Source of the DNA: Promethearchaeota archaeon
Lineage (GTDB): Archaea > Asgardarchaeota > Lokiarchaeia > Sigyniarchaeales > SOKP01
Direction of reading: 5' to 3'
DNA: 64,000 nt
Assembly: GCA_019057865.1 (NCBI GenBank)
Contig: JAHLWP010000002.1
Location: forward strand, 128,001-192,000
The notes beneath the pieces are model-generated. The model saw only the letters and a program-made list of their open reading frames with translations, did not search any database and was not told where the DNA came from. The position numbers were made by a program, and so were the translations under genes. Positions 40,408 through 49,376 of the stretch are shown here, piece after piece (position 1 is the first letter of the stretch; each line of letters opens with the position of its first letter).

Positions 40408-41563
40408 CTAATTCACTTTTTTCATATAACATTTTTATTCTCTCAATCCCATTAAAATCTTCAATCAAATCAATAACTTCTTTAGGTACTAAGTGCCTCC
40501 AGCTATTATTTCCTTCTCTTATTAAGGATCTTATGTTATTCCCATTGAATTTTTTTTTAAATATTGTTATTTTTCTTCCAACTTTAAAACCTTCATTCTG
40601 AAATAATTCTCGAACCCAATCGCTATTAGAAAAGACAACATTAAAGTCTCCAACTATAGAGACAACATGGTCAACCCAATTTTTTGCATTAAAAATGTCT
40701 GGGATCTCATATATATTATATCGCTTATTTTCTATTTTCCTTTTCTTTAGGGCTGCTTTGATAAATTTTATTCTTTCTTCACTTGTAAATGGATCATTTG
40801 GCAAATGGGATAACTGAGAGCTTCCTATTCCTATTTTTACTGTATTATATGAATTAGGAATTTTATTTAGTACATAAATATGACCATGATGTAATGGTTG
40901 AAATCTTCCTATAAATAATGCTACATTTTCTGTTTTACTATTAATATTATCAAATCCTTGCTTAAAGTGAGAGATAATATCCATATTTAAGATTTTTCTC
41001 CAGATTTTATGTGAATGATCGATGAGTTTCTCATTTTTTAGCAAAACTTCTAATTCTTCCTTTGTATAAAATTGGCTTCCATCAATTTCTAACTCGTTAG
41101 GATTAGGTTTTAATTTAACATCATAATCAACCATTCCAAGAAATATATAAGATATCTCTTTTGTTAAATTATCCTTTTCTGTACTTAAGTCAAAAAATTT
41201 AATGTTTCTAATCTTCCTTGAAGGAATTCCAAATTCTTCTTCAAGTTCTCTTATAGCATTTTGCTTAACTTCTTTGAGATCTAAAGTTTTTTTCCATATT
41301 ACATGCCCAGAAGCAGAATCTGTATAATATTCAGGATAAGATTTCTTACTTTTACCACGTTTTTGTACAAGATAAAGAAGTTTATTATCAGAACTTTTTG
41401 AGACTATGAAAAATCTAATAATTAGATGTGTTACTTTTTTTCGATGAGCTTCTTTCCGTTCCATAGGAAAGACATATTTAGATATTTGCCCTGATTGCAA
41501 ATATTTTATATTCTTATCATCAATGCAAGCTAAAAATTCTTTTTCCATAGACTTTTCCTTCAT
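40400..41563 (-). CDS. Nudix (IDI-like) domain fused to NMN adenylyltransferase (NadM)
   Basis: N-terminal QKR..K..YP...SASGHV...AIRELEEEFGI; C-terminal FIGRFQPLHHGH, IGSSQ, PFTSEER, WRHLVP. Confidence 0.85.
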   Translation of the reverse strand: MKEKSMEKEFLACIDDKNIKYLQSGQISKYVFPMERKEAHRKKVTHLIIRFFIVSKSSDNKLLYLVQKRGKSKKSYPEYYTDSASGHVIWKKTLDLKEVKQNAIRELEEEFGIPSRKIRNIKFFDLSTEKDNLTKEISYIFLGMVDYDVKLKPNPNELEIDGSQFYTKEELEVLLKNEKLIDHSHKIWRKILNMDIISHFKQGFDNINSKTENVALFIGRFQPLHHGHIYVLNKIPNSYNTVKIGIGSSQLSHLPNDPFTSEERIKFIKAALKKRKIENKRYNIYEIPDIFNAKNWVDHVVSIVGDFNVVFSNSDWVRELFQNEGFKVGRKITIFKKKFNGNNIRSLIREGNNSWRHLVPKEVIDLIEDFNGIERIKMLYEKSELDD

Positions 41564-42396
41564 AAATTAACTTTTATAACATCTCCTACTTTGACTCCTA
41601 ACTTTTTTACAGCATTTCCTCGATTAATAGAAATTTCAAGATATCCACTTGATCCTCTTAGAAATAATAACGATTTTATTGGTATAACTGAGAAATGGGA
41701 TGTGTATTTACCTTTAAACAACTGATGTTTAATCTGTACTGTAATTATATCATCAATATTTAATGAAAATGAAGTTCCCTTAATATTATTATTATCATCT
41801 ATTTTAATATTAGTAGTTATATTCCCAAAAGAATCTATATATTGAATAGTACATAAGATCTCTTTTTTTTTCAATATAACTTCATACTTAATTGGAATTC
41901 CTACTAGATTGTTTAAACTAAACTTTGGTCCAAAATTTTTAAGTGTTATTCCATTTGAAATATATGCTCCAACGGGAGCCATAATATCCCTACCATGAAA
42001 TGTATTTGATATGGGATGAAGGAAAAAATTCTCATTTTGAAGTTTAACACATTCAGAGATTTTATCATTTTCAAGTAAAACTGAAAAAATCCCATTGTTA
42101 GGACCCACAAAAAAATAATTTGATTCAGTCTTTAGAGCTAATAGTTCCCTATAACTCCCAACCCCTGGGTCAACAACAATTATAAATATTGTATATGGAG
42201 GGAAATGTTTATACGTGGTTTTAATTATATAAGAAGCTTCAATTATAGAAAATGAAGATATATTATGCGAGATATCAATAATTTTTGCTATCGGATTGAT
42301 TTTTAAAATAACTCCTTTCATACTTGATATATAATGAGAACTTTTAGACCCGAAATCTGTTAATAAACCGATTATATTACAATTAGGCTCTGCCAT
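41560..42396 (-). CDS. SAM hydroxide adenosyltransferase / chlorinase-fluorinase family (DUF62)
   Basis: LLTDFG, VVDPGVGS, GPNNG, TFHGRDIMAP, IDSFGN, LEISINRG. Confidence 0.93.
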   Translation of the reverse strand: MAEPNCNIIGLLTDFGSKSSHYISSMKGVILKINPIAKIIDISHNISSFSIIEASYIIKTTYKHFPPYTIFIIVVDPGVGSYRELLALKTESNYFFVGPNNGIFSVLLENDKISECVKLQNENFFLHPISNTFHGRDIMAPVGAYISNGITLKNFGPKFSLNNLVGIPIKYEVILKKKEILCTIQYIDSFGNITTNIKIDDNNNIKGTSFSLNIDDIITVQIKHQLFKGKYTSHFSVIPIKSLLFLRGSSGYLEISINRGNAVKKLGVKVGDVIKVNL

Positions 42397-42453
42397 TTTA
42401 ATAATACTTAAAATTTGATAAATGTTTTAAAAAGTAAGAATTTGAAAAGACTA

Positions 42454-43359
42454 TTACTTTTTACCATATTTTTGATCTACATTATAAAAATCTTCTAATG
42501 CTTTGGATTTCAACCTATATTCCTCTTCTTTATCAAATTCAACTAACATTTTAGATAACTCGCTTGCTTTTCTATAGTGCATATAAGCTGAATGAAATTC
42601 CTCATTTCTAAGAGCATTGCGCGCTTCTTGTACAACTCTTTCCCTCTCTTTTGAAAATTCAGGAACTTGTTGAGAAAAAGATCCTTTCTCTTTTAAAGAA
42701 GTAGATATATCCATTAAATAGAGTTTTTCAGCGAGCTCCGCTGCTTTATTGTAAAATTTTGCTGCTTTTTCATAGTCCGAGGATTTTAATGATGTTTCAG
42801 CGGTATTATAATAATCAGAAATTTTTGTATGTTCTCCATCTTCAATTTTTTGTAGTAATTCTTGAGCGATACTCCTTTCTTTCTTTCCACCACTTATCAT
42901 AAATTTTGTGATATTCTTGATACTTGCTCTTAATGCATCTGGTTGTAAAATATCAATTAAGGGTTCCAAATGTTCAAGATATATATCCTTTAATACATTC
43001 TCAAATTCATCTTTTGATTTCTTTAAGATGTTAAGGCTTGGCATTTCAAAAGTTTCAGCAGCTTCTTTAAGAGCGGAACGGAACTTCTCTGGTTTATCAT
43101 CTTCATTTAATAATAAACCTAAGATAATTCCATTAGCGTTTCTAGATAATTTACCCTTAAATTTATAAAAATAAGAAAAAATCCTATGAATTTCTTTTAA
43201 TTTTAATAGATTAAACTCATTTTTTGAATGATCAAGGTTTAATCTAAGAAATAAATCGCTCGTGACTTCGAAATCTGACTTACCCTCTTTAAAATAATAT
43301 CCTAAAATTTTATAATCTGAATCTGTTGGTAATAATATTGCAAAACAGCCTATTGGCAT
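42454..43359 (-). CDS. Hypothetical protein: N-terminal alpha/beta (longin-like?) domain plus helical TPR/MIT-like repeats
   Basis: GIILGLLLNEDDKPEKFRSALKE; repeated YEKAAKFYNKAAELA / FHSAYMHYRKASELS. Confidence 0.55.
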   Translation of the reverse strand: MPIGCFAILLPTDSDYKILGYYFKEGKSDFEVTSDLFLRLNLDHSKNEFNLLKLKEIHRIFSYFYKFKGKLSRNANGIILGLLLNEDDKPEKFRSALKEAAETFEMPSLNILKKSKDEFENVLKDIYLEHLEPLIDILQPDALRASIKNITKFMISGGKKERSIAQELLQKIEDGEHTKISDYYNTAETSLKSSDYEKAAKFYNKAAELAEKLYLMDISTSLKEKGSFSQQVPEFSKERERVVQEARNALRNEEFHSAYMHYRKASELSKMLVEFDKEEEYRLKSKALEDFYNVDQKYGKK

Positions 43360-43427
43360 AGAGAGAATTACACCTTTATTTTTACTTGTATTAATCTTGT
43401 TATCAAATTTAATTATAAAAAATAAAT

Positions 43428-43850
43428 TTAAGTTGGTTTAGCACCAATTAATCTATTGGTTTCTTCTCTTATAGATTGAATTATTGCTAACAGTTGGGTA
43501 TAATAAAGATTATCTGATACTGCTTTCGATACCTGCTTTAGAGTTTCAATTGCTTTCTTTTCTTCATCTGTAATTGCCTCAATGGATTTTTTATCCCATA
43601 AATCCTTAACTTTTTTATTAAAATCTTCAGCAAGCTCTTGAATACTCTTACTGGACTGGACTCTGAATTGTTTTAATACTTCAACGATTAATCTAATATT
43701 TTCTGTTAATGCAACGTTCTGTTCAGAGAAGTTTTGGCTCATTTGATCAATTGATGCTCTCATTTGCCCTATTTGTGCAATAGTTCCACCTAAAGATTGA
43801 GTAATTTCATTAATTTTTTGAATCATATGCTCTAAGAGAGCTTCTGCCAT
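43428..43850 (-). CDS. Hypothetical coiled-coil protein
   Basis: All-helical heptad pattern; GGAGTG SD. Confidence 0.7.
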   Translation of the reverse strand: MAEALLEHMIQKINEITQSLGGTIAQIGQMRASIDQMSQNFSEQNVALTENIRLIVEVLKQFRVQSSKSIQELAEDFNKKVKDLWDKKSIEAITDEEKKAIETLKQVSKAVSDNLYYTQLLAIIQSIREETNRLIGAKPT

Positions 43851-43899
43851 TTTTCACTCCCATTTCCTTTCTTAATTAAATTAATTATTTTAATATATT

Positions 43900-44304
43900 T
43901 TAGACTTCTTTTTTAACAGATTTCTTTAGAACTTTTACAGAATCAATTGCCTCTGATAAAAGTAAATTAACCGTATCTTGGTTAAGAACACCTCCAGAAA
44001 TTTTAACGATCTCTTCAAGTTTATTAATTAGATTAGTAATAGCATCCAATCCTAACCCTTCTTGAATCTTTATTAATTCTTTTGTCGTTACTGCTCCAAT
44101 TTCTTTTACAGTATCTATATGCTTAGTTTGAGTAATCTTAATCTCTGTTGAAAACTCTTGTAATTTTAATGTTAAATTAGTTATTTTTTGTTCAATATTT
44201 TTGTTAAGTGCATCTAAAGAATTCTTTAATTCTTGTATTGCTTTACCCAATTGGGCTATTCTACTATATATATTTTGTAGAAGATCAGTTAACATTTCCG
44301 CCAA
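43900..44304 (-). CDS. Hypothetical coiled-coil protein
   Basis: All-helical heptad pattern; similar in size and start to its neighbour. Confidence 0.7.
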   Translation of the reverse strand: MAEMLTDLLQNIYSRIAQLGKAIQELKNSLDALNKNIEQKITNLTLKLQEFSTEIKITQTKHIDTVKEIGAVTTKELIKIQEGLGLDAITNLINKLEEIVKISGGVLNQDTVNLLLSEAIDSVKVLKKSVKKEV

Positions 44305-44465
44305 GATATTTCACTTTTTTAATCTTTTTATAAGATTTAATTTTTTTCTTATTATAACTTCAATTATTAATATAACAGATTACTACAATAAAAAAATTTT
44401 TATGTTTTTATTAGTTCAATTATTAATATTAAATGCATCAAAAAAAGAAAGTCAAGAAGAATTCA

Positions 44466-44621
44466 TGGACTCGGGGGGATTTGAACCCCCGATTTCCTGT
44501 GTCTTCTACAAAAAGTAGAAAAAATTCAGGCTTTTACTTGAACGGACATTTCTTAGAATTTCTTGTTTGTCCGTCGGTCATTTATAAGACCTGCGCTTTA
44601 ACCAAACTAAGCAACGAGTCC
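44466..44621 (-). tRNA. tRNA-Ile(UAU) with two introns (about 44532-44581 and 44494-44524)
   Basis: GGACTCG/CGAGTCC-A acceptor, GCTT/AAGC D stem, CAGGT-CTTATAA-GCCTG anticodon arm after splicing, AAATC variable loop, GGGGG-TTCAAAT-CCCCC. Both inserts contain hairpins and have BHB-like ends. Confidence 0.8.
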
Positions 44622-44820
44622 GTATATACTCGAAAATTATAATGTATTAAAAAATAAAAACTTAACTTATTCATAGAACTATAGTATATTAATTAATTTG
44701 AGCTTATTATTTTTTGAAATTGTGGTGGGGAATTTTACTTTAGGATTTCCTATTATATCTAACTGCTCAAGATTTTTCAATTTACAAATACCTAATTTTT
44801 CAATTTACAGATTTCCGAAA

Positions 44821-44857
44821 GGCAGGGAGATCTGGGGTTCAAATCCCCGATGGCCCA
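44821..44857 (+). other. Isolated tRNA 3' half (variable loop, T arm, acceptor 3' strand)
   Basis: ggcagggagatc-tgggg-ttcaaat-ccccg-atggccca; no complementary 5' half seen nearby. Confidence 0.7.
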
Positions 44858-44997
44858 TATTTTTTTATTGTTTGATAATTGTTAATTTAATCATTATACT
44901 TCGTGAAACATCAATTTCACGCTTGTTCATATACATCTATGTAGTATTTAGAGATATCACTAGATAATATAAAAAAAGTTCTTGGTTAGGATCAATT

Positions 44998-45693
44998 TCA
45001 TTTATCTAAACGAGAAGATATTAAATTAAGAAGCCATTTCTTAATTTGAGTTAAATTCTTTAATATTCCAGGCATACGATTTTCAGGATATGTATGCTCT
45101 TGTTCTAATCTTTGAGTTGACTCCATCCATTTATTTAAAGCTAATTGGACCAAATTTGAACCTTCAGCTTCCATAAATAAAGGGATAACAGCAGCACTTT
45201 CTCTTGCATCACCGATGGCAAAATAAACCTTTCGATTGATATCCTTTAACATTACAAGATTAACACACTCATCTATTTTTCGTTCTACTAAAATGGCTTT
45301 AAGTATTTGTGCTTGAATATCCTTATCTTTATTTTTAAAAATATCTTTTCTTCTTAAAAGAGCTGGCTGAACTTCTGTAATAACTTTTTCACCAGTGCTT
45401 CCTGTGCTAAAATATTTAGCGATTCTTAAATTATCATTTAAAGCTTGGATAGATGTAAATTTTTTACTATTTGAATATAAAATTGCTTTAGAACCACCTG
45501 AAGTTTCGCTTGATGATAATTTAATATAAATATTTCTCATAGCAACGGAATTACAGGTATGATATGCTAATTCGAATAACTCTCGTGAACTTAATGGTTT
45601 GTAAGGTATTTCAATATGTTTGAAAAGCCATTGAGAAGAAATAACGTCATTAAATTGAATAAGAAGTCGATTTTCCATAATTAAAATAAACAC
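44998..45693 (-). CDS. Conserved-looking hypothetical protein
   Basis: 231-aa ORF with normal composition; family not recognised. Confidence 0.65.
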   Translation of the reverse strand: MFILIMENRLLIQFNDVISSQWLFKHIEIPYKPLSSRELFELAYHTCNSVAMRNIYIKLSSSETSGGSKAILYSNSKKFTSIQALNDNLRIAKYFSTGSTGEKVITEVQPALLRRKDIFKNKDKDIQAQILKAILVERKIDECVNLVMLKDINRKVYFAIGDARESAAVIPLFMEAEGSNLVQLALNKWMESTQRLEQEHTYPENRMPGILKNLTQIKKWLLNLISSRLDK

Positions 45694-45810
45694 TCAATTA
45701 CGAATTTATTCTTATAGTGTTGATTAAAATATAGAACTTCTTATTTTTAACCTTTCCCCCATATGAATATTTCTATTTGAATAGAAATTTAGATTTCTGA
45801 GTGTAAACAA

Positions 45811-47175
45811 TTATTGTTTTATTTGATTGTAAGCTTTTACAAATCTCTCAACAGCTAATTCGATATCTTTCGTTGTTGCACCAATGGCAGCATTCATAAC
45901 AATATAAGGAGTTGTATAATTTTCACAACATGTTCCAAATGCTGTTTCTTTTGGATTATAGACTCTTGGACCAGTAACCCGTAAATTGTATAAAGCACCT
46001 CCAAGGGCATATAGTTGTTCTTCTTTTAAGTTCTTTAAAGATACTGCTACTGCTATTGGATTATAAATATCAAGAATTCTTTCATTAATATTATCTGCAA
46101 CTATCTTTAATTTTTCTTCTAATATTTTACGATTCTGCTGTTGTTCTTCAATTAATTTTTGATATCCATTAATTCCTAATGAAAGAACTGAAATTAAGAA
46201 GTTAACAACTGGAGTGGCTGAAGCACGTCCAGCATAAGTTTGACTAATTTCAATTATAATTTCTTTGCTAGGTGATGCTATTATTGCACCTCCAACCGGA
46301 GTTAGAAAGTTTTTGTCAGTTGATTGAATTATCGCATCTACTCTACCAGCATCTATAGCAACTCTAATTAGTTTCATCCATTCAGGGCTTTGAGCTCCAT
46401 ATGCATTTATAATAATATGTACTAGGTTATTATCTTGCGCAAATTTACTAATTTCTTTGATATTATCAGATTCTCTAGGAGGAAAATAACTAGTGGTTGA
46501 AACAATAGCAAAGCAATCATTATCTAAATTTTTTTTAATGTCTTCAACAGGTATTCTCACAACATCTCTAAAAATTTTTCCTTTAACGATTTTTGCCCGA
46601 AAACCCATTAATTCAATTGATTTTAATAATGATTTATGATCAATTTGTGGCAACAACACCTTTCTCTTATGAAGTAGTTTAGAATCATCCCAATCTGGTC
46701 TTAATGCTCCTAAACATAAAGATAATGACATTCCAGTACATAAGGGCACTACAATTGCTTCTTTTATATTTGGTAATCCAATATTTTTCAATAAGTTTCG
46801 CGCTAAATAATTGGTAATTTCATACATTATTGATCCTCCAGGTGCTTTAGGTTGTGGAGCTGTTAAAAATCCACTTCTACCTACACCATGACAAAATCCA
46901 GCCGAAGTTTTCAAATGAAGTTTTGACGCAATTCTAGCCTCTCTTTCACCTACTCTAGCAGCGTTATCATCCTTGTCTGTATCCATATTTGAAAGTGTTG
47001 CAAGTAAGAATTCTATTTGTTCATCACTCCACGGTTCTTTTGGAACACTTTTCTGTTCAAATAAGTTCTTTATTGGATTTAAGAAATTATTTAATACAAC
47101 CTGTCCTCGATTCAACATATTTTGAGGAACAGATGAACTTTTAAAATATTTAATAATCTCGTGAAAATTTACCAT
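45811..47175 (-). CDS. spcS: O-phosphoseryl-tRNA(Sec) selenium transferase (SepSecS)
   Basis: MDTDKD, VGEREAR, HGVGRSG...QPKAPG, DHKS, NAYG, QSTDKNFLTPVGG, YAGRAS. Start corrected to MVNF at 47175 because the upstream region is the tRNA-Sec gene. Confidence 0.95.
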   Translation of the reverse strand: MVNFHEIIKYFKSSSVPQNMLNRGQVVLNNFLNPIKNLFEQKSVPKEPWSDEQIEFLLATLSNMDTDKDDNAARVGEREARIASKLHLKTSAGFCHGVGRSGFLTAPQPKAPGGSIMYEITNYLARNLLKNIGLPNIKEAIVVPLCTGMSLSLCLGALRPDWDDSKLLHKRKVLLPQIDHKSLLKSIELMGFRAKIVKGKIFRDVVRIPVEDIKKNLDNDCFAIVSTTSYFPPRESDNIKEISKFAQDNNLVHIIINAYGAQSPEWMKLIRVAIDAGRVDAIIQSTDKNFLTPVGGAIIASPSKEIIIEISQTYAGRASATPVVNFLISVLSLGINGYQKLIEEQQQNRKILEEKLKIVADNINERILDIYNPIAVAVSLKNLKEEQLYALGGALYNLRVTGPRVYNPKETAFGTCCENYTTPYIVMNAAIGATTKDIELAVERFVKAYNQIKQ

Positions 47176-47201
47176 AAAATTCACATCAAAAATATTAAAA
47201 A

Positions 47202-47353
47202 TGGCGGCCCCCAGGGGGATATTCTTAAAAAGAGTAAATCTCTTTTCATATCGAACCCCTATCCCTCCGCAGGATAACTGGGTTTGAAGCCCAGCGTCAA
47301 AGACCACTTATCGTCGAGGATCGGAATGACCTCCAATTCGACCGCTAGGGGCC
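47202..47353 (-). tRNA. selC: tRNA-Sec(UCA) with two non-canonical introns (D arm 47308-47336; T loop 47220-47249)
   Basis: 9-bp acceptor GGCCCCTAG/CTGGGGGCC plus GCCA, CTGGG-CTTCAAA-CCCAG anticodon arm, long variable arm, 4-bp T stem, 7-bp D stem after splicing. Confidence 0.9.
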
Positions 47354-47418
47354 ACAAAAATTTATTTTTTAATTTAATTTATCAGTTAATTTAAATGAAT
47401 TTTATGTTTTTGTTTTAT

Positions 47419-48087
47419 TTATTTGATTAGTCGATCTTTTATATCTTCACAATTTATACGTCTACAGCCAGGGATCATCAGTCCGATATTGTAAATATTA
47501 TCTATGAAATTAACTATAATATGTGAAGTTGCACCGAAGACAACATACTTTTTTCCATTAGGTGCTCTATAATTAAATTTTCCAACACCGATAAGATCTC
47601 CTTTAAGCAGGTATGTTCTTTCTCTATAATTTTTTTTTTCTGTGAAAAAAGATATCGGGATTTTCACTATTTCCTTTACTTCTTCATCTTGCTTTATCAT
47701 TGTTTGATTTTCATTAATATAAGCAACAAATGCAGTAATTATAAAACCTTTTGGTGTTAAATGATCATCAATACAACCTAGTAATTTTACATTCGATTTG
47801 GGAATTCCCAGCTCTTCCTCTAATTCTCGTAATGCGGTATCCAAAAATGTTTTATCTAACTTGGAGTCAAATTTTCCACCAGGAAAAGACATTTCTCCAG
47901 AATGTTTATCCCCTTCTCTCTTAGTACGCCTAATCATTACCAAATCAAAAGGTTTATCTTGATAAGGAATTATTAAGAAGATGATACCGGAATTTATAAA
48001 ATGTTCATGGTGCATGGAAAGTCTATCTGAAGAATTGAAATCTTTTAATTTACTTTTGATTAAATTTGCATCAAAAATAAGATTCAA
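47419..48087 (-). CDS. Nudix CoA pyrophosphatase (NudL/PCD1-like)
   Basis: HSGEMSFPGG, TALRELEEELG, VFGATS. Confidence 0.88.
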   Translation of the reverse strand: MNLIFDANLIKSKLKDFNSSDRLSMHHEHFINSGIIFLIIPYQDKPFDLVMIRRTKREGDKHSGEMSFPGGKFDSKLDKTFLDTALRELEEELGIPKSNVKLLGCIDDHLTPKGFIITAFVAYINENQTMIKQDEEVKEIVKIPISFFTEKKNYRERTYLLKGDLIGVGKFNYRAPNGKKYVVFGATSHIIVNFIDNIYNIGLMIPGCRRINCEDIKDRLIK

Positions 48088-48113
48088 TATTCCACACCAA
48101 TTTATTCAAAATC

Positions 48114-48824
48114 TTAAAATTCTTTAGTAATAAGATTTCTATGTTTGATATATTCTTTAACATGTTTCATTTTATCAATTTTAAATCGCTTTAATCCGAG
48201 TTCTGATAAATCAAATTCATATACTCTTTCAATGAAATTAGAAATCATATATGCGGTTGCTCCCCATACGGTATATTTCTTTCCATTTTCTTTATCTACA
48301 TAATTAAAATAAAAAACGGGGAACTTATTGCCATTGATATCGATGGCTTGTTCTCGAAAGTTTGTTTTGTTTATAAAAAAATCAATAGGGATCTTAACAA
48401 TTTCCTGAACTTCTCTTGGATCTTTTATTAATTTCTGATTCTTATCAATAATTCCAATAAATGGTGTAATTATAAATTTGGTCATGGTAGGAAAGTCATC
48501 TAGACAACCAATTATTCTAACATTTTCTCTGGGAACTCCAATTTCCTCTTCTACTTCTCTTAAAGCAGTATTTTCTAAGGATTTGTCAAATTGAGATTCA
48601 TATTTTCCACCTGGAAATGACATTTCACCTTTATGTCTTGTCCCCTTATTTGTACGATGAATTAGAATTAGATCGTAAGGTTTATTTTTATAAGGTATAA
48701 TGGAGAATAGAACTGCTGAACTTGTAAAAAAATCATCATTTAAAGAGATTCTTAAAGATGAATCACATGGAATTAATTTATTTTTTACTAAGTTTTCATC
48801 AAAAGTTAAATCTAAACCATCCAT
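48114..48824 (-). CDS. Nudix CoA pyrophosphatase (tandem paralogue)
   Basis: HKGEMSFPGG, TALREVEEEIG, VWGATA. Confidence 0.88.
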   Translation of the reverse strand: MDGLDLTFDENLVKNKLIPCDSSLRISLNDDFFTSSAVLFSIIPYKNKPYDLILIHRTNKGTRHKGEMSFPGGKYESQFDKSLENTALREVEEEIGVPRENVRIIGCLDDFPTMTKFIITPFIGIIDKNQKLIKDPREVQEIVKIPIDFFINKTNFREQAIDINGNKFPVFYFNYVDKENGKKYTVWGATAYMISNFIERVYEFDLSELGLKRFKIDKMKHVKEYIKHRNLITKEF

Positions 48825-48910
48825 ATTAGAATTAGCAAAAATTTTAAAATATCCAATATTTAAGAAACATAATCTTTTATCCTAAAAAAGTTTTTAGAAA
48901 GTGTATAACT

Positions 48911-49204
48911 GTGAAACTTCCGAAAGAACTGAGAGATAAGAATGATTTAACTAGAGTAGGTAAAGTAAAAACATGTTCTGTAAAAGGATGTAGTGAGAAC
49001 GCTATTCGTTCATTATCAGAAAATGCTTGGAAAAAGTATCTTGAAAAAGCCCATCTTAAATTTGAAAAAAATCGATATCATAAAATTTACTTGTGTAAAG
49101 CTCATTATAATCAATCAAATAAGTTTAGAAAATCTCAGGAGAAGATATATCAGAAAAAAGGTTTTTTAGAAAATGCTACCAAAAAGGGGATAAGGGAGTA
49201 TTAA
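48911..49204 (+). CDS. Small basic zinc-binding protein
   Basis: CSVKGC...YLCKAHY. Confidence 0.7.
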   Translation: MKLPKELRDKNDLTRVGKVKTCSVKGCSENAIRSLSENAWKKYLEKAHLKFEKNRYHKIYLCKAHYNQSNKFRKSQEKIYQKKGFLENATKKGIREY

Positions 49205-49326
49205 GGAATTACTGCCATCTGTTCATAAGATTGCCTTATTAAGGCAAATTGACCTTCCATAATTCCTAGGGTAAATAGTGACAATCCTAGTAAGAGTATT
49301 ATAAGTGCAATTAATTTATTCCTCAT
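49201..49326 (-). CDS. Possible 41-aa single-TM peptide
   Basis: MRNKLIALIILLLGLSLFTLGIMEGQFALIRQSYEQMAVIP, downstream of 49377-50273 on the same strand. Confidence 0.45.
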   Translation of the reverse strand: MRNKLIALIILLLGLSLFTLGIMEGQFALIRQSYEQMAVIP

Positions 49327-49376
49327 TTTTATCAAATTTTGAAATTATTCTTAATTTTAAAAATTTTCTTTATAAT

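Noticed and set aside
44201-44967. Short plus-strand ORFs at 44201, 44433 and 44698, and the similar ORF at 35862
   Set aside because: They overlap tRNA genes or the tRNA fragment; peptides such as GGFEPP and RDLNPR are tRNA translation artefacts.
47176-47307. 43-aa N-terminal extension of SepSecS in the ORF track
   Set aside because: It overlaps the tRNA-Sec gene; homology begins near MVNFHEI at 47175.
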